This document shows positions 29,063 through 43,928 of a DNA stretch of 64,000 nt, in pieces (position 1 is the stretch's first letter; every line of letters begins with the position of its first letter). The stretch comes from Octopus sinensis (Eukaryota). The stretch lies in contig NC_042998.1 of the NCBI RefSeq assembly GCF_006345805.1, positions 195,362,001 through 195,426,000 of the forward strand, given 5' to 3'. The position numbers and the translations under genes are program-made. The notes under the pieces are model-generated. The model did not search any database, was not told the origin of the DNA, and saw nothing but the letters and a program-made list of their open reading frames with translations.

Positions 29063-31441
29063 GTTGTTCTTCCTCATTAAGTGTATTTCTTGTTCTTGTT
29101 CCCACGCACCTTGATTGCTTGATCAGTTCCACTTGACAACTGACATTTAAGAGAAAATCCAATCAAATATATACAAGTGATTGGTAATTAACTGTCTAAA
29201 GAAACAGATACCCCATTTACGATTATGTGGACCTGAAAAATATTAATTAACGTTTGTTGTAGAAATCTAGAAATTCTCTTGAAGCTGTCGTTTGTCCACT
29301 CAGACTCCAGTTCTCACGTCTTCCTCCTTCACTCTTTCTCTCCATATCTATTACTATGTAAGTATTTATTTAAACATTTCTATTATACATGTGTCGTATT
29401 ATGTACATTTATTTGTTTCGATGTGTTGAGAAAGTTAAAAGGAAAAAAAAAAATCTCACTAAGACGAAATTATACGAAAGGCTGTAATTTTAATACTTTT
29501 ATTGTGTTGTCGTTTTCTTTTAGACATTTCATTGCACTTTTGGTTATTTTCTAAATTATTTGTAAAAACGTCGGATCAATCCCTTGTTTAGATAACATTT
29601 ATCTTTCTTTCTAACGTGTAAATTCGACAATTTCGTTAAATGCGGTAAAATTACGATGTAATTTGTTAGAAATGGGGAATGTATAAAAATACGAGTGTGC
29701 ACTTGAAATACTGAAACGAAAAGCAAATATCGCATCGAGAGGAAATGGAATAGCTTTTATTTGAAACATAGGAAGTTTTTATTTCTGGTGGTTCTTCTGC
29801 ATCATTAAAAGTTAGAATTAATGTGGTTTTCTAATTAATTTAATTTTTGTGTGTGTGTAGTGCTACTTTAAGCACCTAATATAATCCCTCGTCACATATT
29901 TTTATTTGCGGGAATTTTCAGAAATTTCTGCGTACGAGAATTCGTTCGGTCAGGCAACCAAAAAAAGAAAAAAACTAAGTGTGATTTATGAGCTATTTAG
30001 TTGTTATTTTTCGCACATCTCACGACCAGTATGGTAATAATTCTCTGCTTAAGTTCCTCTGGGCTTGCAGGAAGAGGGGAGACATAGACTAGGCCCTCCC
30101 TGAGAAAGAAATGGCAAGGTGTCCGCTCAGGTGAACGTGGCAGCCATTTCAACAGCACATTGCCATCTTCAGGATGCGCCAAACTCTTTGGAGGAATCTG
30201 GCTTTCATTCTCCACATCAACCAATAATTTTTCCTACATTAAAATTTCCCACTAAGGATTTTGATGCTGTTAGTGAGACATCAATATTATTTACTGACAT
30301 TTATTCATCTTTTATGCTCAGCAAAATATTAACGTTGAGCTAACCTTATATATATATATATGTATTTGTATATATGGCTCCCATGCAGGTAGCATGTAAA
30401 AAGTACCATTTGAGCATGATTGATGCTAGTGCCGCCTGACTTGCACCCGTGCCGGTGGCACGTTAAAAGGCACCATTCAAGCATAGTCGATACCAATGCT
30501 ACCTGACTGGCTCCGTGGCACATATAAAAGGCAACCGCTACACACACTCAACAGCATCCAGCTGTAGAAATCTTGCCTGATAAGATTGAAACCTTGTTCA
30601 ACCTCATGGCTTGCCAGTCCTCAGTCAAACCTCACAACCCATGCCAGCGTGGAAAGCAGATGTTAAACGATGATGATGAAGGTAGGGAAAGAGCAATATC
30701 TATTTTAGCAAACAAAGATACAAGACTGCAATGAAAACATCAGAAATCTAGTGTCATTTATATGTATATTGGTGTGTGTGTATGTGGAAGTGTGTCTATG
30801 ACAGACTTTATATTCCAGGAGTTTGGTATTATAATAGATGTGTCTCCTCTATGATATAAACATTTTGGTAATGCAGAAATTGGATAAATTTAATAGTACA
30901 GATAAAGAATTACATCTAAAATTTTTGGAACAAGAAATGTCGTAAATTTGCACTTTTGAATATCTGCCTTTTAAACATACTTGATATCTTATATTACCTT
31001 CGTATTCTTTCAGAAAATCACATGAAATTGGCTAAAAAGTAATTTTTACTTTTAAAGAATCATCAATGTGTTTCATGTTTAAAAGACTCTGCAAAGATAT
31101 TCGACAAATAATCCTATAATCCTGCTTCTATAAAACGTTGCTGAGTTACAGTAAAATATTTCCTCTGAGAGAGAAAGCATTTCTTTACTTCTGTGTCTGA
31201 AATGTGGAAGAGATAATTTTCTCTTTTAAATATACTTGATAGATTTCCAAAGAGTATTTGCGGCATTTTTAAATATTGGCATTGATCACATTTAGAAAAT
31301 ATAAGAGAAGTGATATTTGTTGGAATAAACTATAAAAACAAAAAGAAGAAAAATATCCATATATTTTGGTGAGAGAAGAAATATTTTTGAAAATTTTGTG
31401 ATCTGTACAACTTAAAGGTTCATTTTATTTTTCTTGAAGAG

Positions 31442-33053
<1,612 letters not shown>

Positions 33054-33153
33054 NNNNNNNNNNNNNNNNNNNNNNNNNNNNNNNNNNNNNNNNNNNNNNN
33101 NNNNNNNNNNNNNNNNNNNNNNNNNNNNNNNNNNNNNNNNNNNNNNNNNNNNN
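33054..33153. other. Assembly gap (100 N)
   Basis: Run of exactly 100 N. Sequence character differs on the two sides. Confidence 1.
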
Positions 33154-33158
33154 TGAAT

Positions 33159-33468
33159 GCGCATGGCTCAGTGGTTAGAACATCGAGCTTACGATCGTGA
33201 GGTTGTGAGCTCAAATCCCGGACCGGGCTGCGTGTCTTGAGTGTCTTGAGCAAGACACTTTATTTCACGTTGCTCCAGATCACTCAGCTGTAGAAATGAG
33301 TTGCGATCGGCTGTTGCCTTTCCTTTGGATAACACTGGTAGCGTGGAGAGTGGAGGCCGGTATGCATGTTCGACTGCTGGTCTTCTGTAAACAATCTTGC
33401 CCGAACTTGAACCTGGGAGGGTAAATTCCTAGGTGCAATCCCATGGTCAGTCATGACCGAATGGGGGT
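33159..33468 (+). mobile_element. tRNA-derived SINE (related copy at 57005-57303)
   Basis: A-box tggctcagtggttag and a B-box-like gagctcaaatccc, followed by a cttgagcaagacact core shared with the second copy. Confidence 0.75.
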
Positions 33469-33499
33469 CTGAGATCATAGGTCGTCACTACTAAGAACA

Positions 33500-35430
33500 A
33501 CGCCGCCACCAACCAACGCAACTCTACTATCATTCAATCGTTATAACCACCAACACTACCACCACCGCTACCATCACTACGACTACCACCATCTCTATAA
33601 TTTCTACTACTACTATCACTACTACCATCACCACTACCATCACTACCACCACCGCTACCATCACTACCACTACCACCATCTCTACCATTTCTACTACTAC
33701 TATCACTACTACCATCACCACTACCATCACTACCATCACCACGACCATCAATACCATACTACCGTCACTGCCATCACTACGACCAAACACCACTGCAACC
33801 ACAATACCCCTACTAAACATCACCATAACTACCATCTGAACACACTACCAACACATCTTCCTTACCAACACACCACTACAATGGTAGCGCTCCCCACCAC
33901 GACCACAAACTGCCACACGCAACTGTAATCGCCACCACAATTATCATCATCGTCAGTACCACTAAATACTACAGCCACAACTACCACAACCTACCCTCGT
34001 CACCAACATCACTACTATACACCACCGCCATTTCTGTAATCAAGTGTATCACCATGACCATCACCACCCATCCTCAAAGATACCATAAATATCACCATCA
34101 CCCAGTGCTACCACCATCGATAAGAAACACCACACAAATCCACCACCATCACAACAACCATTACACACCATCACCACCACCACCACCACAACCACCACCA
34201 CCGCCGCCATCACCACACCCATCACCACCACCACCGTCATAAACACTATAACCACGACCACCACTACCACCACCACCGCCATCACCACCATAACAACTAT
34301 CACCACCGACCACCACTACCACCACCACCGCCATCACCACCATAACAACTATCACCACCACCACCACTACCACCACCACCGCCATCACCACCATAACAAC
34401 TATCACCACCACCACCACTACCACCACCACTGCCATCACCACCATAACAACTATCACCACCACCACCACTACCACCACCACCGCCATCACCACCACCATA
34501 ATCATCATCAATATCATCATCATCACCACCACCACCACCATTACCATCATCACCACCACCGTCATAAACACCATAACCACGACCACGACCACTACCACCA
34601 CAACCCCCACCACCACCACCAAAAAAACAAACACTATCAACCAGCACCACTACATACCACTACGTCCGACACAACCACTGTAACACTACTACCACTACAG
34701 CAACAACTGCTGTCATAAGTACCCTCCTCTACGCAACTATCCTCCCCCACACAAGTACCCTCCCAGCACTACAACCATCAAACCAACACCACTACGACCA
34801 CCACCTTCACTAACACCTCCGCAACAATGACACCTATCACTGTCACAGCCAATACCATTACCATTATCAGTGCTGCTATCAATACCACCACCGCTCTCAT
34901 CCCCACCATCCCCACCACCACCACCATCACCCCCCCACCCCCCCCCCACCACCATCCCACCGCTACCATCCCCACCTCAACCGTCACCACAACCACCATC
35001 CCCATCACCACCATCACCACCACCACCACCACCACCACCCCACCACCCTCACCACCACCACCATCCGCACCACCACCATCCCGCCGCTACCATCACCACC
35101 ACCACCCCACCACCCTCACCACCATCCTCATCACCACCATCTCCACCACCACCACCATCCGCACCACCACCATCCGCACCACCACCATCCCACCGCTACC
35201 ATCCCCACCTCAACCGTCACCACAACCACCATCCCCATCACCACCATCACCACCACCACCACCCCACCACCCCACCACCCTCACCACCATCTCCACCACC
35301 ACCACCATCCGCACCACCACCATCCCGCCGCTACCATCTCCACCACCACCGTCACGACATCCACTATCACCACGATGAACCGCCACCATCACCACCACTA
35401 TGACCAATATCATCGTTCCCCGCATCAGCA
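33500..35430. repeat. (CAC/ACC/ACT)n low-complexity tract with a ~42-bp minisatellite at ~34260-34490
   Basis: Direct inspection. Gives poly-T/P/H/V/G pseudo-ORFs. Confidence 0.9.
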
Positions 35431-35639
35431 GCACCAGTCTCCCAGAGCAGCAACATCAGTAGAAAGAAGAATTCAAGAGAGCATGTACAGTTGCCACGCT
35501 ATTGCAGAAATGCCCTGACCGGCTGCCGACGGATTCGAACCCAGACAACGACACTTTTGAAGGCACGTGAGTAAGACGAACTTATACATACCGATCAAAA
35601 TGTTTGTGACAAGGAGTTGGGAGGGGATATTTGTACGCT

Positions 35640-35662
35640 ACACATATATATATATATATAGG

Positions 35663-35697
<35 letters not shown>

Positions 35698-35737
35698 ATA
35701 TAAACAACACATCATATATACATTACATACATATATG

Positions 35738-35793
<56 letters not shown>

Positions 35794-35932
35794 ATCTAGA
35801 GTGTATATGTGTATATGTATACATGTATACACATATTCTGTCAAGCAAGCACACAATATATATATATATATATATACATACATATACATATCTATGCATA
35901 CACACACACAAATATTAATATAATATAATGTA

Positions 35933-35970
<38 letters not shown>

Positions 35971-36022
35971 CATATATACCTACATATGTATATATGTATA
36001 TGCATATAATATATATGTATTT

Positions 36023-36061
<39 letters not shown>

Positions 36062-36240
36062 CGTATATGCATATAATACATATGTACATAGTACATACGC
36101 ATATACACATATATAAATGCATATATATATGTATATATATATGTGCGTGTGTGTGAGTGTATACGTGTGTATATATATATATATATTATATATATATACA
36201 CACACACACACAAGCAAACATACACACATGCACATATAAA
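35640..36240. repeat. (TA)n/(CA)n microsatellite field (many more through 35.6-63 kb, e.g. (TATG)n 48300-48880 and 60826-60940, (GATA)n 37050-37145, (TTC)n 43545-43623)
   Basis: Direct inspection. Confidence 0.95.
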
Positions 36241-36811
36241 CATATTCGTTTTTCCTTTCCTCTTTTTGCTTTTCACTTGTTTCACTCATTAGACTGCGGC
36301 CATGCTGGAGCACCGCAATGAAGAATTTTCGTCGAACGAATCAACCCTAGTGCCTATTTCTTTATCTAAACTTGTTACATATTGTATCGGTGGCTGTTGT
36401 CGAACAGCTAGGTCACGAGGACGTAACCAAACCAACACGGATTGTCAAGCAGAGGTGGGGGACAAACGCGATGTGTTGTTATTCTTGAGCAAAACACTTT
36501 ATTTCAAGTTGCTCCAGTCCACTCGGCTGGGAAAAATGAGTAACCCCTGCGGCAGATCGATGTCCCGCCCAGGTGGGGAATGCATATACGCCACTGGAAC
36601 CAGGAAACAGCCCTTAGGAGCCTGCCATGACTCGAGAAGGAAACATTTCTTTTATATGCATAGACATACATACATATATATATATATGTGTGTGTGTGTA
36701 TGTATATATGTATATATATATGTTTTATATATACATATATATATATATGTATGATAAGTATCTCTCTCTCTATATATATATACTTTATTTAAAAGCAGCA
36801 GAAAATTCAAC

Positions 36812-36858
36812 AAAACCTGTTACTCTGAGTTTCACGTTCCCGTTCGTCGGACAGTTTT
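36812..36858 (-). ncRNA. Hammerhead-ribozyme-like motif (type I, CCGACGA core) in a ~135-bp (TA)n-flanked element
   Basis: Minus strand reads ctgt CCGACGA acg-ggaa-cgt GAAA ctc-a-gag TA acag, and all three stems pair. Confidence 0.65.
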
Positions 36859-37070
36859 TGCTAGTATTTGAGTACTCTTTTTTCCACCTTGTTTCACATT
36901 ATGTGTTTACTCCGGTATATATATATATATTATATATTAATATAATATACATATATTATATATATATGTATATGTAGTGATTATATATATATATATAATA
37001 TCTATATATATATATATTATATATTATATATATATATGTATATATATAGAGATAGATAGGAGATAGATAG

Positions 37071-37136
<66 letters not shown>

Positions 37137-37338
37137 TAGATATAGATATATATATGCATATATAAAATGCAAAATGGGACAAGAACGCAAAACATCTGGA
37201 TAGTTAGGTGATACAAAAATGGGACAACAAAACACCCAGATAGACGATACAAAGAAAACAAGGACGGGTCATTCGGAGTCTTCTTTCCTAAGTCAAATAC
37301 CAGATTATCTTCACAATTTCGGCTGAATGTATATACAT

Positions 37339-37502
37339 AGGCGCAGGAGTGGTTGTGTGGTAAGTAGCTGCTTACCAACCACATGGTTCCGGGTTCAGTC
37401 CTACTATGTGGCACCTTGGGCAAGTGTCTTCTACTATAGCCTCAGGCCGACCAAGTCATTATGAGTGAATTTGGTAGACAAAACTTGAAGCAGCCTGTCG
37501 TA
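37339..37502 (+). mobile_element. tRNA-derived SINE 5' part (same family as 52601-52998 +, 54700-55099 -, 48895-49106 -, 36255-36470 -)
   Basis: Head gtggctgtgtggtaag...ccacatggttccgggttcagtcc and shared tail aaaggcggtgctccagcatggcc..agtcaaatgactgaaacaagtaaaaga across copies. Confidence 0.8.
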
Positions 37503-37569
37503 TATATATATATTATATATTATATGTATATTGTGTGTGTGTGTGTGTGTGGTGTGTGTGTGTGTTTTG

Positions 37570-37609
<40 letters not shown>

Positions 37610-37726
37610 GTATTTATTCTATTCATTTATACTCATGACAATTTTATCCATACTCTTGATTTCTTTACTTTCCATACCCGCGAGCCTACACGCACGCACG
37701 CGCACGCACGCACACACACACGTACG

Positions 37727-37761
<35 letters not shown>

Positions 37762-38061
37762 CACACACACACACACAAGCACGCACGCAGATGCACACAG
37801 ACACACACGCAGAAAAAATGCAGCGAGGGAGAGAGGGAGAGAGAGAGAGAGAGGAAGAGAGAGAGAGCAGAAAATATATATAAATTATTTCTCCTATTCT
37901 CTAAATATACACATGCAGTTGGACAATATGGCCCACATATGGTTCACATACATATGCACGCATACAGATTAACATACACGAATGTATGTGTGTGTGTATG
38001 TGTGTGTGTGTGTCTGTGTGTGTGTGTGTCTGTGTGTGTGTGTGTGTGTGTGTGTTGTGTG

Positions 38062-38265
38062 TTGAAAAAAGTCATGATAGAAAATGTTCAAATAATTTTA
38101 TAAAAAACATTTCAGTACCGGTTTCAGTCATTGAGACTTTTTCAACTGTAAGTATGGAAAACAATTAAATTTTGGAAAAATTAAAAGAAAAGTTTTTTTA
38201 AAAGAATATTTGCATAGGTCCAAATACAAGGGGCATTTCTCTGCCTGTTCTCTCTCTCACTTGTT
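38062..38265 (-). mobile_element. Solo pseudo-LTR of a Penelope-like element with a hammerhead-like motif at 38113-38148
   Basis: The reverse complement aligns with the 3' end (43758-43981) of the Penelope-like element. Confidence 0.7.
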
Positions 38266-38367
38266 ATATATATTATATATATCTATATAATATATAATAT
38301 ATATACTATATATATATATATATTATATATATTATATATATTATATAATATATATATATATATATAT

Positions 38368-38680
38368 AGCAGCAATTAAGGAACGGCCATAATAGGCCGT
38401 TCAACCCACTAGAAATAACAGCCAAGGCTTCAACCGCAAAATAGTAGTAATTCCGTAAATCAGGAGAAAATTAAAAAAATTTTCTCCTGATTTACGGAAT
38501 TACTACTATTTTGTGGTTGAAGCCTTGGCCGGTGTTTTTTAGTGGGTTGAACGGCCTATTATGGCCGTTCCTTAATTTGCTGTTGAATTTATAAATAGTC
38601 TCTGACTATTTCCTTTTTCTCACTAGACCGCTGGTAGCAAAATAATTTCTGCTGTATTTTTTGCTACCCTATATTGATTA
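38368..38680 (+). repeat. ~105-bp-arm palindrome plus unpaired 3' tail, flanked by (TA)n
   Basis: 38368-38472 is the reverse complement of 38478-38584. The tail runs 38585-38680. Confidence 0.85.
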
Positions 38681-38955
38681 ATATATATATATATATATAG
38701 GAGTGCGTGCGAATACACACAAGCGCGCACACGCACACACACATACACACACACTCACAGGCATAAGCAAATTCATTTATCAAAGAAGCAAAATCGTAGG
38801 ACAGTATTGCTGTTTCAATACTTTGTATCTTATCAATGGTCGGAAACATGAAGGTTGACCCCCAATCCCCATATATAGAATGTATGTGCCTTTTATTGAG
38901 GTGTAGCTTCTCCATTTTCATTACCTTTCTGTCGTATATATATTATGTATATATA

Positions 38956-39002
<47 letters not shown>

Positions 39003-39030
39003 TATATTAATTATATATATATATATATAT

Positions 39031-40054
39031 ATATCAATGTGAGGATAAAATTCTTCTCGAAAAAAAATATTTTCTCCAAAAAATTTTATCAATGGCCAGC
39101 ATATTAAAAAATACCTTTAACGGTTAAATTTATAACAATTCATAAATGAGGGCAAAGGAAAAAAATTCTAATGCCAAATATGCCGAAAAAAATTGGACAT
39201 ATTGTCCATAACCATATAATTTTCACAATACGCACGCTACCCGAAAAAAGGTCGACAGAAATTTCTAAAAAATTCCATTATTCCATATCGGACCGATTTC
39301 AGAGTTAGCCCTAAGAGACCTCTCTTCGTCAGTGATACATGTGGCAAAAGAATAAATGAGATACTTACATTACCCATGGAAGAAGCAAATACTAAGTCAT
39401 GGGCACAACAAGTACCCCAAATAATCAAAATAGAAATACTCCAGCCATTCGAGGCACGTGCGATTTTGAACTGAGGCTCTCACAGAGTGAGTTAGTTAGT
39501 TCGGAAGTGAACGCTTAAATTTATATCAAATGTGAGGATAAAATTCTTCTCGAAAAATTTTTCATCAATGGCCAGCATATTAAAAAATACCTTTAACGGT
39601 TAAATTTATAAACAATTCATAAATGAGGGCAAAGGAGTATTTCTATTTTGGATGTATTTGGGGTACTTAGTTGTGCCCATGACTTAGTATTTGCTTCTTC
39701 CATGGGTATGAGTAAGTATCTCATTTATTTATTTTGCCACATGTATCACTGACGAAGAGAGGGCTCTTAGTAGCTAACTCTGAAATCGGTCCGATATGGT
39801 AATAATGGAATTTTTTAGAAATTTCTGTCGACCTTTTTTCGGGGTAGCGTGCGTATTGTGAAAAAATTATATGGTTAATGGACAAATGTCCAATTTTTCG
39901 GCATATTTGGCATTAGAATTTTTTTCCTTTGCCCTAATTTATGAATTGTTATAAATTTAACCGTCAAAGGTACTTTTTATATGCTGGCCATTGATAAAAT
40001 TTTTTTGAGAGAAAATTTTTTTTTCGAGAAGAATTTTATCCTCACATTTGATAT
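39031..40054. repeat. ~410-bp inverted repeat with a hammerhead-like motif in each arm and a composite spacer, flanked by (TA)n
   Basis: 39031-39442 pairs with 39634-40054. CTGACGA agag..ctct GAAA tcg GTC at 39743-39797 (+) and 39285-39338 (-). Confidence 0.85.
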
Positions 40055-40064
40055 ATATATAATA

Positions 40065-40131
<67 letters not shown>

Positions 40132-40265
40132 ATATTATATATATATATACATATATAATACATATATACATACATATATATATGTATATGTATTATATTA
40201 TGATATTATATATGTATTTATATATATATATATTATATATATAATATAAATATAAATATATATAG

Positions 40266-40330
<65 letters not shown>

Positions 40331-40664
40331 TAATATATGTATATATATATATATATTTCACACATACACACAGACATATGCACACGCACTCACACGCACG
40401 CACACACACATACACACAAATATACAGTGATCCAAAACAAGGAAAATAGGCTCCTCTTAAAGGGATGAAAACATCAAAGTTTTCGCTGGCTTAACTGTCT
40501 ACTACCCAATTTAGCAGGGAAAAAGTTTACAATTCACACGGTCATATATTAAATTTATAAAAATGAAAAGAAATGGAGATTGATAATTCAAAAATTTATT
40601 AACATATTATATTATATTCATATAATAATATAATATAACAAATAATAATTAATATTAAATACAA

Positions 40665-40745
40665 ATTACATACAATTGTTTCGATTCTTACCCATAGTAA
40701 AATTAAAAAATCCATATTTGTGGGTAAGAATCTCTTCAGTATAAT
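40665..40745 (-). ncRNA. Canonical type I hammerhead ribozyme motif
   Basis: Minus strand reads attata CTGAAGA gattcttaccca-(loop)-tgggtaagaatc GAAA caattg TA tgtaat: canonical core, 12-bp stem II, palindromic stem III, GUA triplet. Confidence 0.8.
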
Positions 40746-41523
40746 GTTTGATATATGAGGATACACAGATCCAAGAAAAGACTGAATTTAGATATGTTTG
40801 TTTTCAAGCGCCAGTATTTAAAAACAAAAACAAAGATTAAAAAAAATAAAATATGAAAAATAAAGTAATATAACGCTCGTGTTATATATTTGTATATTAT
40901 TAAAAATTTTAATCTAAATGTGTTTCTTATTTCGCCATTGTATTTTTTTTAAATATTGTTCCTAGTAATTTAAAAAACTAATGCGCTAAAATATATTTAG
41001 ATTAAAATTTTTAATAGTAAACAAATATATTTTACTAGCAGAAATACCCGGCGTTGCTAGGGATTGAAATGGCCTTGTTATTTTATTCTTATACTTGTTT
41101 CAGTCATTTGACTGTGGCCATGCTGAGAAACAGAGAATAAGAAAAGGAGAGAATCGGTTGAAAACTGCAGTTTTTAGAGAAAAACCCATGTAAAACACAT
41201 TTTTTTTTTCAAATTTCTCGCTTTACGCGAGAGCTCTGGGCAAAAAATTATACTACATGACCATCTTTGGCACATAAGTAATATGTGTGTAAAGTTTGGT
41301 GAAAATCGGTTGAAAATTGTAGAAATGCAAACATATTACACAGACATCCTTTGTTTTATGTATATAGATGACCGTTGTATTAGTTTTTTTTCATTTTATT
41401 TTTTATCGTTGTTTTTATTTTTAATTATTGACGCTCACGCTTGAAAACATAAACATATTTAAATTCAGTCTTTTCTTGGATCTGTAACTCTTCATATATC
41501 AAACATTACAATGAAGAGATTCT
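40727..41523. repeat. Diverged inverted repeat (40727-40930 vs 40990-41523), right arm split by a Helitron-like insert
   Basis: aagaatctcttca...cagatccaagaaaagactgaattta pairs with taaattcagtcttttcttggatctg...tgaagagattctt. Confidence 0.75.
41035..41368 (-). mobile_element. Non-autonomous Helitron-like element
   Basis: On the minus strand it reads A|TC...CTAG|T, with a subterminal GC hairpin (cccggcgttgctaggg) and no TSD. Confidence 0.6.
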
Positions 41524-42271
41524 TTTTTAGATACCCTCTTAAAACCATTCCTCAAGCATATCAAAAGCTACATAAAGGACAACCTAGATATGCTCAATCA
41601 CTACTAGTATCCTTCGATGTAGACAGCCTCTATTCTAATATTTCCCCCACAGCCTAGAAATAGAGGCAGTCCAATTCTGGCTAGAGAATTATTCCAATGA
41701 GCTCCCACGCCGCATCAAAAAAGAATTCGTAACAGAAGAGCTAAAATTCATCTTGGAGAATAACTTCTTCGTCTTCAAAGACAACTTCTATTGACAAAAA
41801 TCGGGGACTGCGATGGTTACGAGAATGGGCCCCCTCCTTTGCTAACCTAGTCATGGAATATTTAGAAATCAGTCTTTAACGTAAGGTATTTGAAAATACA
41901 GTAACCCATTCTCCCTCTACATAGAAAATAACTAGAAGAGACATGTAGATGACTGCTTCATTCTTTGGCATGAAAATATAGAGAGACTTAAAGAATTTCA
42001 AGCACTTCTAAAATGGACTTGACATAAGCATTCAATGTACGATGGAATATAGCCATCAATAACTTCCATTCTTCGATATCCTCATTAAGAAATCCAACAT
42101 CAAAATAGAAACAGATATATACTATAAGCCCACAGATACCAAGTAATATCTACCGTTCAACTCATGCCACCCTAGACACATTAGAATGAATATCCCATTC
42201 AACCTGACAAAAGGATTTGTACTATAGCTTCTAATACAAACACCAGGGATACACGACTACATAAACTAAAG

Positions 42272-42572
42272 TACAGGTTAAGAAAGTGGGCGTTGAGACG
42301 GTCCAGGTGGGCGCTGTGCCTAAGGGGGAGGTGGGGACTGTAGAGAAAAAGGAGGCGCTGGGAGGAAAGCAGTGGATTGGGGGACACTATGAATTTATTA
42401 TAATATTGTTATAGTATTGTATAAAAATTATATAATATTATATTAAATATCAAATGATTCATAGTATATATAAATTAGTAAAATGTAAAATATTTATTTA
42501 TACATAAAAATATGGGCGAGGCGCTGAGGGTAATATGAGGAGGCGGTGGCTCAAAAAGTTTGAGAACCTCTG
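42272..42572. mobile_element. hAT (Charlie-like) MITE nested in the Penelope ORF
   Basis: 8-bp TSD aactaaag at 42264-42271 and 42573-42580, with right end aagtttgagaacctctg. Confidence 0.75.
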
Positions 42573-43593
42573 AACTAAAGGATACACTCATCACCAGGAA
42601 CTACCCACCATTACTAGTTGATATAGGCTTTCAACGTGCCCGGCAACTCAGTATCCAAGAACTCAGACATCCCAAAACTAAAGGAGCATATACGCCCCAA
42701 ATCCCTGCCATACATATTCACACACAACCCCCTAAACAATAAAGCCTTCGACACCATCCTCCAGAACATTCCTCAACTAAAAATGGACCACATAATGAAT
42801 TTAAAACGTACACCATCATACATCAAACGTACACCATCATAAAAAGCAAAAGACAACCCAAATCTATGAAAAATTCCTAACACAAGTCCAAGTACACTCG
42901 TCAACAACACTGAAGCCGTCAGTAAAAATATGGGGAAGACCTAACTGTGGTAAATGCGTCAATCTAATTGAGGGATCGGAGTTCTCCTTCAAATGTTTTA
43001 CGGTGAAAAACAACTTCACACGTGTTTCGGAAAACCTATATATGTACTAACTTTCTCAGGGTGTCGAGAACAATACATAGGCCAAACCTAAAACAGTCTA
43101 CGCCAAACGATGACCCTACTTAGATCCCAGATTAAAATTCGAGAATACAGAAAAATAGCATTCAATGAACATACCAACATTTGCATTACTAATGAACAAC
43201 CCAACTTCAAAATTTTTCCCTCTATAAATTCAGGGAGGATGCACCTATTAACAGCGCATTTGCAAAGAGTCATATTTCATTACAAAATATAAACCTCTCT
43301 TGAATGCGTCCACCACAAATGACACTACTACAAGGGCCTTAGAATAATATCCACACAAATATTAAAAATGATATATTCAGAACAGTCACTACCCATGAAT
43401 TCATTCAAAACAATTCCAATCACTACTACTATAACCACAACAGGTCACTTGACTATTTAAGAAGACCCCACAAACAGCCTTTTACTGTCATACCACTCCC
43501 GTTTTTTCTTATTCTCTCTTTCTTCTTTTCCTACTCTATTCTTTTCTTCTTCTTCTTCTTCTTCTTCTTCTTCTTCTTCTTCTTCTTCTTCTT

Positions 43594-43624
<31 letters not shown>

Positions 43625-43892
43625 TTATTATTATTATTATTTTCTTTGACCGTCTCCTTCCTCGGCTACTACTGCTTAAACAATCAAAATCAAGAACCCA
43701 CGTCCATCATATTAAATATTTCTTCAGACCTGCTACTACCTATCTACCGAGCCTTCACACAAGTAAAAGAGAGACAGACAGAAAAAAGGAAAATGTCCCA
43801 AGTATTTGAAAACAATGGAAATATTTTAAAAAACATTTCATATAATTTCATATAATTTTTCCACAATTTAATTGTTTTTCGTACTTTGCTCT

Positions 43893-43928
43893 AAGTTGAA
43901 AAAGTCGCAAGGACTGAAACCGGTACTA
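43893..43928 (+). ncRNA. Hammerhead-like motif (UUGAAAA core) in the Penelope 3' pseudo-LTR
   Basis: ag TTGAAAA agtc-gcaag-gact GAAA ccgg TA ct. Confidence 0.6.

Noticed and set aside
33530-35434. Long Pro/Thr/His/Val/Gly-rich ORFs on both strands
   Set aside because: They are translations of (CAC)n low-complexity DNA with no domain or splice evidence.
35520-35575. B-box GGTTCGAATCC on the minus strand, suggesting a tRNA
   Set aside because: No complete cloverleaf could be built. Probably a SINE or tRNA-derived fragment.
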